NCBI GenBank assembly: GCA_963844565.1
Contig: CAWJON010000002.1
Coordinates: 1,828,667-1,892,666 of the forward strand
Source of the DNA: an uncultured Pseudomonadota bacterium
GTDB taxonomy: Bacteria; Pseudomonadota; Gammaproteobacteria; Coxiellales; Coxiellaceae
Direction: 5' to 3'
DNA length: 64,000 bases
Each line of letters opens with the position of its first letter. Position 1 is the stretch's first letter. Position numbers and translations under genes: made by a program. The notes below the pieces were generated by a model. The model did no database searches, was not told where the DNA came from, and saw only the letters and a list, made by a program, of their open reading frames with translations. This document shows, piece by piece, positions 1 to 9,991 of the stretch.

Positions 1-2
1 TC

Positions 3-2597
3 ATTTCAGTAGAGGAACTTAAGAAATTAATACAACGAATACCTGAACCTAAGCAGTCAGTAAGCGGATTCTCCTGGACCCTGTATATTCTTGCGCAAAA
101 GCTAGAACCAAATAGCGAGGCAGCAATATTATTACGTAATTTACTACGTGACTTAATTTGGGAAAACCGAAAAAAAGAACTTGAAAGATGGAAGGACCCG
201 GTTAGCCAATATTCATATTTAACACCTGCACTGGCCAGATTATGCCAGCGAAGGTTATCGAACACCGATTCATTTGATGAGGATTGGATTTATGCTAGCG
301 TCATTGCATGCTATTTCCATAATAAAAATACTCTTGGAAGAGAAGATTTAACACTGCTTATCACGATCTTATTATCATTTCATCGGGAAACTATATTCTG
401 GTTCCTGATTAACATTAGAAATATCACTTATCCAGATAGCGATGTAAATCATCATCTTTGCTATATCCAATATTATAGCGTGTTCCGTCATTTCGTGAAT
501 GAAGATTGGGATTGGCTGATACATGCAACTCATAAAAAGAGTCTCTTATTAAAACGCAGTGTGGCACTACAAGCGCTTATTCCTCTTTGGTCTCATCGAG
601 GGAAATCAAATAGTGAATTGCGCGTCTTAAAGAAAACAGTCAAAGATAATCAAGATTTAACTAATATGCTGGTCGTTAGAACGAGACCTAATCCATTAGC
701 GTCTCCTCTAAAGGAAGGAGAAGAAGAACATCAAGCCTATATTAAGACACAAGCAGCTAAACAACAGGAAACTGATAAGTTATGGTTGGACTGGAAAGCT
801 AAGGCAGAAGCTGATCCTGCAGCGTGTTTCAAAGGAAAACGCCGAGAGGAAACTCGCTGGACATTAATTAGATGGCTTAATTCTCTAGATAATAGTAATA
901 CTACCCTAACATATTACAACTGGAAAAAAATTCGCCGAATTTTTGGCGATACCTTTGGCGAGTTGTTTGAACAAGACTTGCGAAATTACTGGAGAAAAAC
1001 TAAGCCACCCGTCTGGTCTCGTCGTGTACCGGAAAAACGTGGTGTTATCTATCCTACACAAAATGCAGCTCTTACTGGGCTAGCCATTGAAAATGCCAGT
1101 GATACGTGTTGGACTAGTAACCTTTCTCAAGCTCATGCTAAATGCGCCGCAGAATGGGGTCTTACCGAATTGAATGGATTTCCTGAGTGGTACACACTTT
1201 TTGTCAAAACACAGCCTAAAGCTACACAGAAAGCTTTGATAACCGAATTGAAAAAAGAATTAAAAGATGTTTCTGCTCTACCACATCCACCAACATTAAA
1301 TAAAGTTCAGCATGGGAATAGTGAATTAAAAAAGCTAGTTTTCCCTTTCCTGAAAACTCTTCTCATGAAATGGCCAGGATTTCCAAAAAAACAAGCTAAA
1401 AGAAATATATACAATCAAAATCTCGATCGACTATTATCCATTTTAACCGCTGCGGACTCAGCAGATATTAATGTTCTGCAGTTATGTGAAAAACGATTTT
1501 TAGCTAATCCCAATCACTCTTCCGCAGCTATATGGCTGCGTGGAGTGTTTTACTGTAATTTAACAGATGGTATTGAAGCATTCAGCAAAGCAATACCAAA
1601 ACTTTCAAGAGCTAATCGAAAAAATCAACCCATAGAGTGGTTTGGGACAATTTTTGGCGACTATTATCGTCCTGATACTCAAATAAATATTAATAATGTA
1701 AATGTAAACTCACTACTATTACTTACAAAGCTGGTTTATGAACATGTACGATGTGAAGACGATGTACAGCATGAAGGCATCTATACACCAAATATACGAG
1801 ATAAGGCGGAACAAGCACGGACTCGCATTCTTGGTGCGCTAATTGAAAAACCAGGTAACGAGACACTAGATATATTAATCACCTTAGCAAATAATCCATT
1901 GTTTGCACATATATCAGATTGGCTAAGACTTAAAGCGCGTGAGAGGTCTGCAAAAGACAGTGAATTAAGCGCATGTTCATTTGCAGATTATAAAAAATGG
2001 GAAGAAGAATATGAAACCCCTCCTAGAAACTGCAATGAATTGTTAAAGATCGCGCTCAATCGTCTAGAAGATATAAGACACGATATACACCATCATGATT
2101 TTAGCGACCGCAGTCTCTTAGAATCCAAGGATCAGGAAGCGGATATGCAACCATTGTTAGCGAAAAAATTTTCTGATGCTGCTCGTTCGCAATATAGCGT
2201 AAGTCGTGAAGAAGAGGTAGCTGATAAAAAGAAAACTGATATTCGTCTTACCACTAACAAATATCGTTGTGTTATTGAAATTAAAATCGGCGACAAATGG
2301 TCAGTCTCAGAATTAGAAGCCGCCATTAAAAACCAGCTAATAGATCAATATCTCAGGCATGAAACTTGTACTGCTGGCTGTCTTCTCGTCACTTATGCCG
2401 GATGTAAAGGATTCAAGGACCCAGATACAGGCGAATCCATGACTTTTGAACAGGTTATTGAACGACTACAAAAATATGCAATTACCCAAGAAAAGGCAGA
2501 AAACCACAGGATTAAGGTTATAATATTTCCTCTCGATCTGCGCTGTCCAATTAATAAAAAATCTCAGTCTCAAAAGAGCAATAAAATTGCGGCTTAA
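3..2597 (+). CDS. large hypothetical protein, 5'-partial (open at window edge), C-terminal PD-(D/E)xK-like nuclease motif
   Basis: Frame 3 has no stop from nt 3 to TAA 2595-2597; the track ORF 480..2597 is only the part after the first start-like codon. The C-terminus 'TDIRL..RCVIEIKIGD' gives D-x13-ExK, the restriction-endonuclease-fold signature. No other motif recognised. Confidence 0.6.
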   Translation: MSVEELKKLIQRIPEPKQSVSGFSWTLYILAQKLEPNSEAAILLRNLLRDLIWENRKKELERWKDPVSQYSYLTPALARLCQRRLSNTDSFDEDWIYASVIACYFHNKNTLGREDLTLLITILLSFHRETIFWFLINIRNITYPDSDVNHHLCYIQYYSVFRHFVNEDWDWLIHATHKKSLLLKRSVALQALIPLWSHRGKSNSELRVLKKTVKDNQDLTNMLVVRTRPNPLASPLKEGEEEHQAYIKTQAAKQQETDKLWLDWKAKAEADPAACFKGKRREETRWTLIRWLNSLDNSNTTLTYYNWKKIRRIFGDTFGELFEQDLRNYWRKTKPPVWSRRVPEKRGVIYPTQNAALTGLAIENASDTCWTSNLSQAHAKCAAEWGLTELNGFPEWYTLFVKTQPKATQKALITELKKELKDVSALPHPPTLNKVQHGNSELKKLVFPFLKTLLMKWPGFPKKQAKRNIYNQNLDRLLSILTAADSADINVLQLCEKRFLANPNHSSAAIWLRGVFYCNLTDGIEAFSKAIPKLSRANRKNQPIEWFGTIFGDYYRPDTQININNVNVNSLLLLTKLVYEHVRCEDDVQHEGIYTPNIRDKAEQARTRILGALIEKPGNETLDILITLANNPLFAHISDWLRLKARERSAKDSELSACSFADYKKWEEEYETPPRNCNELLKIALNRLEDIRHDIHHHDFSDRSLLESKDQEADMQPLLAKKFSDAARSQYSVSREEEVADKKKTDIRLTTNKYRCVIEIKIGDKWSVSELEAAIKNQLIDQYLRHETCTAGCLLVTYAGCKGFKDPDTGESMTFEQVIERLQKYAITQEKAENHRIKVIIFPLDLRCPINKKSQSQKSNKIAA

Positions 2598-2964
2598 AAT
2601 GCTCACTGGGTGGAAGAGAAACCAATAATTATCCACATGAACCATATCACTTTAGCTATTATTAATATTGAAAAGTCCTTTCATTTTTACTGAAATCATC
2701 GCCCACGAACGCGCACAGGCAGAAAAAATAATGATGGAAAAACAAGTTGTAGACTGGCAAGGCCATTATCATCGTTGTGAGCAAGAGTTTAAAACTTTAC
2801 AGGCGGCGAAACATGCAGCAGATATTGAGTTAGCAACGATTAAAGCGCATTTAAATAATAAAATTATCGCTTAAACTAAACCATTTTCTTGTCTCTTCAT
2901 ATATTTTAATACTTACTGAGCTGTTATAATCACTGTCCTATTTAACTATTTAGAAGGGTATCTT

Positions 2965-3533
2965 ATGCCAAAAGCCAAAGCTACTAAGAAAGCAAAGAAA
3001 ACAGTTTCTTCAAAAAAAGTGATCAAAAAGAAACCCATTAAAAAATTAGCTGCTACTCGCTCAAAGAAAAAGGTCTCAGCAATTCCTAAAGGCTATCATA
3101 GCGTAACACCCTATTTGATTATTGATGGTGCAGCTGGGGCGATTGAATTTTACAAAAAAGCCTTTGGCGCGAAAGTAGGCTTGAAGATGGAGCAACCGGA
3201 TGGAAAGAAGGTTGGACATGCTGAACTGAAAATTGGTGATTCGATGATTATGTTAGCCGATGAATGCCCCGAAACAAGCGCACGCAGTCCTAAGACTATG
3301 GCGGCTCGGCAGTGAGTTTTCATCTTTACGTAAAAGACGTTGACAAAGTGGTTGCGCGCGCTATTGCAGCCGGAGCAAAACTGGTAAAACCTATTGAGAA
3401 TATGTTTTATGGTGACCGTTGTGGTCGCGTAGAGGATCAATACGGCCATCAATGGCATATTTCAACCCATGTTGAAGATGTTTCGACTCGTGAGCTGAAA
3501 AAACGTGCGACACAGTTGTTTGGTAAAAAATAA
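2965..3533 (+). pseudogene. VOC/glyoxalase-family (PhnB/YjdN-like) protein with lysine-rich N-terminal tail, disrupted by a -1 frame break
   Basis: ORFs 2965..3315 and 3312..3533 are the two halves of one VOC domain ('TPYLIIDGAAGAIEFYKKAFGA..GHAELKIGDSMIMLADE' then 'VSFHLYVKDVDKVVARAIAAGAKLVKPIENMFYGDRCGRVEDQYGHQWHI'). They join if one nt is added near 3296-3300. The N-terminal 45 aa are about 45% Lys. Confidence 0.7.
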
Positions 3534-3750
3534 CAATGACAGATTACAATTCAAGTGCCACATTATTTGCCAAGACAAATGTTACCATACATAAGTATTG
3601 ATTTGAATTTACTTCCTTTTATGCAAGGAACATTTTGTCACTTAATGAGGTCGTATGAATATAATTGTTGATTTTATTTTTTGAAGAAAACAATTATTAA
3701 TTGAATTAATAGTCCTTTTAGTTTAAGGCTGTATGTTTAAAGGAAAAAAT

Positions 3751-4737
3751 ATGGGATGGAAAGGAACAGTTTGATCACTTCATGCATCTAGCCGAAGAGC
3801 AGAAAAAAATTACCAGCATTATAAGAAACAAAAAGAAAAAATAGAAGAATTAAATAATGCCAAAAAAATAGTAGATGACCAAGAAAAATACATTCATGAT
3901 TTTACTTGTCTACATACTAAATGCAAGAAAAGTTTAGATTGGACAGCGGTTTCAAAAGAATGTCCCCCAATGGAACCTCCTTATTTGCATACCTATGAAA
4001 ACGAAGCAAAATATAAATATCTAGATTATAAACCTTCAATTTTTGCAAAAATTCTTAAGCTACAAGAAAAGAAGAAAAATCATTTATATCATGAGATTGC
4101 TCAATCTGCCACAAAGGATGAAAAAATTCATGATGAAAAATTGATTATATTCAAAAATGAAAATGAAAAATGGAAGAACAAACAAATTATAGCTCAAGGT
4201 ATAATCAATAAAAATCCAACATTGTACAAGAAAATCCTACAGGAATTAGATCCATTCAATGAATTAGAAAAATTTTGCTCAGAAATTCAAGTTTCTGTTC
4301 ACGACAACAAAGATTTATCAGTAAAAATGATAATTTCTGGAGATGATATAGTACCACAAGAAAAATATAGCTTAAGGGAAAGTGGAACACTTTTGGCCAA
4401 AAAAATGCCGAAAACAGAATTAAACCTCCTTTATCAAAAATATGTATGCAGTTGCATGTTGCGCATAGCCGCTGAAATATTTAATGTATTACCAATTGAA
4501 CGATTGTTTATTAATAGCAATTGTAATTCATTAAATCCGGCAACTGGATACATTGAAGAACAGACTGTTCTATTATGTTTAATACCGAGAAAGACAATAG
4601 AAAATATTAATCTAAGCAAAATTGAATCTGTAGCTGTTATGAAAAATTTCATTCACCGTATGAATTTTAAAAAAATCACCGGATTTGAACCTATAATGCC
4701 ATTATCCATTTTAGAAGAAGAAGCAGAGGTAAATTAA
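3751..4737 (+). pseudogene. hypothetical protein with in-frame TGA after codon 7
   Basis: ATG 3751 'MGWKGTV' is followed by TGA at 3772-3774. The same frame stays open through 'SLHASSRRAEKNYQHYKKQKEK...' into track ORF 3970..4737. An SD-like 'aaaggaaaaaat' precedes 3751. Confidence 0.45.
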
Positions 4738-4862
4738 ATTAATTATCTATGAAGACAGATTTTGATAAAATTTCATGATCGCTAATAAAATTAATTGGTG
4801 GGGTTCAGATAATTTTGTCAACTTTCTTAAATTGTTATCATTTTAACTTTTGGAGAGCTGAT

Positions 4863-4970
4863 ATGGTAAATAAGATTGATTTAAAAAGCTTTGATTTTAA
4901 TCAATTTCAAAAAGAGGCCATTGATAAGCTTAAATCTAACCAATCCTTGAAAGATGTTTTCTTTACATAA
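4863..4970 (+). pseudogene. IS256-family (Mutator-type) transposase N-terminal fragment
   Basis: The 35-aa ORF 'MVNKIDLKSFDFNQFQKEAIDKLKSNQSLKDVFFT' resembles the conserved N-terminus of IS256 transposases (FDFexFkkEAlekLksgksLtgkdGvftPL). It is cut short and no catalytic domain follows. Confidence 0.4.
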
Positions 4971-5185
4971 GCGATCGAATTAAAGAATCATTAATTTTTT
5001 CTCTTTGCTGCCTCAGGAGCTGGAGTACAATCACTAAATATTATTGATTCGAAAATATGGACACATTTATTGGAGGTCAACCGTGGAAAATAAAACTTTA
5101 CCAGATGATGAAAATACCTAATCAATAATTTAAACAATATTGAATCGCGAACAGAGTCTAATTAGCATTATTATTGGAGTTTGAA

Positions 5186-5515
5186 CTAGAATTTTCGAGA
5201 AGGAAATAAATTTTTTGTAATAACCAGAACAATACCAAAAACTTCTGCCAATGTACCGCTTGTGTATAAGTTGAGTGACCAAGTTTCGAAATGTAACTTT
5301 CCAACACCTACACAAATGAAAACTAAATTCATGATAATAAGCTGACAAATTAGAATTTTAACAAACCAGTAAGCATATTTCTTTTTTAAGCTCCGGTCTT
5401 GCTCAGAATCTCTTATTTTCTGTTCAAGCAAAGGATGAACAGTTGTCGTTTTGGTGGGATCTTGCAAAGAATGATGAATTTCAGCTGAGAGACGTTTACG
5501 ATCCTCATCAATCAT
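5186..5515 (-). CDS. small membrane protein (charged N-terminus plus 2 predicted TM helices), second gene of an ImmA operon
   Basis: 109-aa ORF. Its start overlaps the upstream ImmA stop by 4 nt (ATGA). Hydrophobic stretches: 'WFVKILICQLIIMNLVFICVGV' and 'LAEVFGIVLVI'. Confidence 0.5.
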   Translation of the reverse strand: MIDEDRKRLSAEIHHSLQDPTKTTTVHPLLEQKIRDSEQDRSLKKKYAYWFVKILICQLIIMNLVFICVGVGKLHFETWSLNLYTSGTLAEVFGIVLVITKNLFPSRKF

Positions 5516-6009
5516 TTAAGCAACCCAAGTGACTTTAATCGATACTTTAAAGAATCAGGCGAAACTCCAAAATGAAGCGCCATTTCAAAATGTTGTTTCT
5601 TTTTTCGGAAAAGTAAATTTACTTCTTCTTCTGGCATTAATAAATTTGCTGCGAAGATATTAGCAAATATTTCTTTTTGGTCGGTTCCATTCGCCGCAAG
5701 ATCACTGCGTAAGTCAATATATTCGTATTGCTGTGCAATGTCGTTTGACTCAGTTCTCGAAATATAATGTCCCAATTCATGAGCGCAACTAAACCGTTTG
5801 CGATTATTGTGGTCAAATTTATGAAGAACTATAACAGGATCTTTTTCTTTTTCCTTTATTAGAGCTCCAGAGACATTTTCAGGTAGTTCTGTCTCAACAA
5901 CTTGTAATCCCAAACGCTTAGAAATAGTAACTGGATCAACAGGAAACAATCCTTCTGGCCACAAGGTAGAAAGAACTTTTTGAGCCTCTTTTTGCGGATT
6001 TAAGGTCAT
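5512..6009 (-). CDS. ImmA/IrrE-family zinc metallopeptidase (COG2856-like)
   Basis: HExxH motif in 'FSCAHELGHYISR' with typical ImmA N-terminal context. ATG at 6009 is preceded by GGGAGA. The track ORF start at 6039 is less likely. Confidence 0.75.
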   Translation of the reverse strand: MTLNPQKEAQKVLSTLWPEGLFPVDPVTISKRLGLQVVETELPENVSGALIKEKEKDPVIVLHKFDHNNRKRFSCAHELGHYISRTESNDIAQQYEYIDLRSDLAANGTDQKEIFANIFAANLLMPEEEVNLLFRKKKQHFEMALHFGVSPDSLKYRLKSLGLLK

Positions 6010-6176
6010 AACAATTCTCCCAATAAGTTCCATATACAATTACTTTTATATTCTATGAAATTATTACATGAAAACTAATTTATAACTAGTACCGTAAAAA
6101 GCCGTCACCACCCTGGAAAATGCGCAGCATTTACCCAAGCTCTTTAAATACAGATGACGTAAGTATTTGATTTTAT

Positions 6177-6250
<74 letters not shown>

Positions 6251-6327
6251 GAAAAGTGCTTGCCTTCCGTGGCGATAAATCTGAGCTATGCACCCGAAAG
6301 TGCAAAAATGTTTAAGTAGCCTCTTCT

Positions 6328-8114
6328 TCAGCTTTCTAGGAAGCTGTGCAATTTTTCGGCACGATTGGGGTGGCGTAGCTTACGCAGGGCCTTGGCCTCA
6401 ATCTGACGGATACTTTCTCGGGTAACGTCAAATTGCTTACCCACTTCTTCTAAGGTGTGATCGGTATTCATTTCGATCCCAAAGCGCATCCGCAACACTT
6501 TAGCTTCGCGCGGGGTCAAACCGGCCAAAATCTCTTGTACGGCTTCGCTCAGGCCGAAGAGGTGGCAAATTCTATTGGGGAAACCATGGTGACGTCTTCA
6601 ATAAAATCGCCCAAGTTTGAATCTTCATCTTCACCGATGGGCGTTTCCATCGAGATGGGTTCTTTAGCAATTTTGAACACTTTACGTATTTTGTCTTCAG
6701 ACATGTCCATTTTGGATGCCAATTCTTCGGGCGTGGGTTCCACACCGGTTTCTTGTAGCAGCTGACGGCTGATCCGGTTCAATTTATTTATCGTTTCGAT
6801 CATGTGCACAGGAATACGAATGGTGCGAGCTTGATCGGCAATAGAACGGGTAATGGCTTGACGGATCCACCAGGTAGCGTAAGTTGAAAACTTATAACCA
6901 CGGCGATATTCAAATTTATCGACAGCTTTCATCAGACCCATGTTGCCTTCTTGAATTAAATCCAAAAATTGCAGACCTCGGTTGGTATATTTTTTAGCAA
7001 TCGAGATTACCAATCGCAGATTGGCTTCGATCATTTCTTTCTTAGCGCGTCGTGACTTAGCTTCGCCGATCGACAAACGACGGTTAATTTCTTTAATTTC
7101 GCTAATACTCAAAAGACAGCTTTCTTCTAACTCAATTAAACTCTTTTGCGCCCGTTTAATTTCTTTAGCTAAAGCCAACAAGGCCTCTTCTTGTTTTGGA
7201 TTTTCTTTTTTAAAAGATTTGACCCATTCCATATTGGTTTCATTACCTGGGAATGAGTGGATAAAATTTTTGCGAGGTACACCCGCTTTAACAACGCAAT
7301 AACGCATAATGATACGTTCCTGCGCGCGCACTTTTTCCAGTAACTTGCGTAAGCGATTAGTTTGCTTATTAAATTGTTTTACAGAAAGCTTGCACAAAGA
7401 GAAAAACTCGGCCAATGCTTTTTGATGTTTCAAGGTAGTGGCGTGTTTAGTCCCATTCTTTTTTATAGAGCTCACGAAATGACCATAAAGAGTTTCTAAC
7501 TCATTCATATACTTGGCCGCTTCGGCAGGATCTGGTCCGCTTTCACCAAATTCGTCAGCATTTTCTGCGCTGTCTAATTTTTGTAATTCTTGGGTGATAT
7601 CCGTTTCAGCTACAGCCACGGCTTCTGGATTAAAAAAACCAGTAATTAGATCACTCAGTCGGCCATGCTCAGCCATAATGCGTTTGTATTCTTCAATAAT
7701 AGAAGCGATGATTTTTGGATAAGCGGCAATAGCGGTTAATACCTGTCGGGTGCCTTCTTCAATGCGCTTGGCGATGTTGATTTCACCTTCTCGAGTGAGC
7801 AACTCCACTTTACCCATCTCACGCATGTAGAGGCGCACAGGATCTGTGGTGCGCGTTTCCGTCACCAACACATCAATGGCCTCACTAATTTCTTCTTCGC
7901 CGCTCCCTTCGCTTAACAAAAGCTGATCTGCATCTGGAGGGAATTCAAAAACCTTAATTCCCATTTCATTTAAACGATCAATAATACCCTCCATTTGCTG
8001 AGGGTCTACGTAATCGCTAGGTAATAAATTGAGCAAATCTTCGTGGAGCAAATACCCTTTATGTTTGGCTTCAAGAAGCAGGGCACTAAAACCTAATTTT
8101 TGTTCATCTGCCAT
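6328..8114 (-). CDS. rpoD: RNA polymerase sigma-70 RpoD, reading frame interrupted (apparent 1-nt deletion near 6552-6555)
   Basis: ORF 6549..8114 carries regions 1-3 and ends '..[20 protein letters not shown]'. Region 4 ('[62 protein letters not shown]') continues in the -1 frame to TGA 6328-6330. The alignment to E. coli RpoD is gapless if one nt is restored. Confidence 0.95.
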
Positions 8115-8228
8115 TAATTATCTCTCTCCAACAGGGCAGACATCATAACACTTGTTTGCCCGACAATCTAGATAGCTCATCAACGTATTGGGTAGCAATC
8201 TAGTGGGCAGTACTTGGTGATGTCGCAG

Positions 8229-9986
8229 TTAATTGTTACTGGTATCATTCTTAATTCTAGCTAATAAATTCTGTAAATGCTGTTTTTCTTCAGAGCTCAA
8301 TCCTTGGCTCTTAGCCCGAGAAATATGTTCCTTAATGCTATCTTCGTGTATCCGTTGTTTTAGGCTATTCAAGGCCCCCAAAAACTCAGCTCGAATACCC
8401 TCCTTGGGGATCGCTGGTTTACGCATGGCTAATTGCGCAATCAACTGTCGATCGCTGTCATCTTCCAATAAGGTCAATAATTCTCCTGTGGTTATATTCT
8501 CTTGTTGTTGATGAAAACGAACGATTTGTAAAAATAATTTTTTTTCCGGTAAAGAGTCAGGTAGCCATTCCAAATCTTTTAGTAATTCAATTAAATCAGG
8601 ATAATTAATGAGTAAAGAAATTGCTAAATGCAGCGGTGATAATAATTGCCGTGAGCGATTTTTCAATGGTTGCCTCTGTAGTAATTTTTTTTTCGTTTTA
8701 ACAGCGGGTGCAGTGGATTCCAAAATTGAAGATAAAGATTGGATTTCTAAATTTAAAATTTTAGCCAATTGCGAATACATTAATTCGCGAAAAATGCCAG
8801 CAGACATAGACTCTAAATATTTTGCTGCTTCTTGGCCAAAATGCGCTTTATCTGCTGCGGTTTTTATTGGTATTTGTGTTTGCAAGACTTGGAAAAAAAA
8901 TTCCGATAGCGGCGTTGCTTCTTCAATTTTTTGCGTCATGACTTCAATGCCAACTTTACGAATATAACTATCGGGATCTTCGCCATCGGGGAGAATAAGA
9001 AAAGTGATATGTACACCGCCGTGTAAAATTTTTAAAGAAATTTGCAAAGCTTTCCAAGCCGCTTGTCGCCCTGCGGCATCACCATCAAAACAAAATACAA
9101 TTCTTTGAGAATAATGCAACAATTTTTGAATTTGTTGGGAAGTGACTGCCGTTCCTGAGGTTGCCACTGTCGCATAATAGCCATATTGGTGTAGCGCAAT
9201 TACATCCATATAACCTTCTACTACCAGCCAATGGGTTAAATGAGAATTTTTTTTTCGAGCTTCATATAATCCGAATAACTCATGACCCTTATGAAAGATG
9301 GGGGTCTCTGGAGAATTCAGATATTTCGGTTTCGCATCTCCGAGGCTCCGTCCTCCAAATCCAATAATATCTCCCTGGACGTTTCGTATAGGAAACATAA
9401 TTCGATCACGAAAACGATCATATGATTCATTCTGATTCTTTTTAATGATTAATCCAGTCGGTTCTAAGCAATCGTTTAAATGCGCATCATTTTTAAAATG
9501 TTTGAGCAACGGTTCTTGAGAAGAGACATAACCAATCCCAAATGTTTTGGCAACCTCCCCCGTCAACCCTCTAGATTTTAAATATTGAATAGCTAATTGC
9601 GATTTCCTCAATGAGGTTTGATAAAATTTTGCAGCCTTTTCCAAACACCGATAAAAAGCTTCGCGCTGTTTGAGCTCTTCAGAATTTTCCTCAGTGGGAA
9701 TCTCCATACCCAATGGTTGAGCTAGAGCTTTAACCGCCTCTGGAAACGTACATCGATCATATTCTATTAAAAAGCCAATGGCATTTCCGTGGGCTCCACA
9801 GCCAAAACAGTAATAGAATTGCTTCGTCTGACTGACGCTGAAGGAAGGGGTTTTTTCTTCATGGAAAGGACAACGAGCGGTGTAATTGTCACCACGTTTA
9901 AGCAAAGGTACGCGGGTTTGGATTAATGCAACTACATCACTTTTTGCCAACACCGCTTGGATAAAGGACGGCGGGATTCGAACCAT
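8229..9986 (-). CDS. dnaG: DNA primase DnaG
   Basis: CHC2 zinc finger 'CPFHEEKTPSFSV..YYCFGCGAHGN', TOPRIM region 'VVEGYMDVIAL', 585 aa. Sits in the canonical rpsU-dnaG-rpoD order. Confidence 0.95.
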   Translation of the reverse strand: MVRIPPSFIQAVLAKSDVVALIQTRVPLLKRGDNYTARCPFHEEKTPSFSVSQTKQFYYCFGCGAHGNAIGFLIEYDRCTFPEAVKALAQPLGMEIPTEENSEELKQREAFYRCLEKAAKFYQTSLRKSQLAIQYLKSRGLTGEVAKTFGIGYVSSQEPLLKHFKNDAHLNDCLEPTGLIIKKNQNESYDRFRDRIMFPIRNVQGDIIGFGGRSLGDAKPKYLNSPETPIFHKGHELFGLYEARKKNSHLTHWLVVEGYMDVIALHQYGYYATVATSGTAVTSQQIQKLLHYSQRIVFCFDGDAAGRQAAWKALQISLKILHGGVHITFLILPDGEDPDSYIRKVGIEVMTQKIEEATPLSEFFFQVLQTQIPIKTAADKAHFGQEAAKYLESMSAGIFRELMYSQLAKILNLEIQSLSSILESTAPAVKTKKKLLQRQPLKNRSRQLLSPLHLAISLLINYPDLIELLKDLEWLPDSLPEKKLFLQIVRFHQQQENITTGELLTLLEDDSDRQLIAQLAMRKPAIPKEGIRAEFLGALNSLKQRIHEDSIKEHISRAKSQGLSSEEKQHLQNLLARIKNDTSNN

Positions 9987-9991
9987 GTTGC

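Noticed and set aside
2668-2874. 68-aa ORF downstream of the giant protein
   Set aside because: It has a TTG start, no ribosome-binding site and no recognisable motif. It may be a coiled-coil fragment, but support is insufficient to call it.
6457-9367. Plus-strand track ORFs inside rpoD and dnaG (6457..6765, 6982..7302, 7513..7722, 8233..8511, 8608..8967, 9161..9367)
   Set aside because: They are antisense shadows of strongly conserved minus-strand genes, with low-complexity translations and no motifs.
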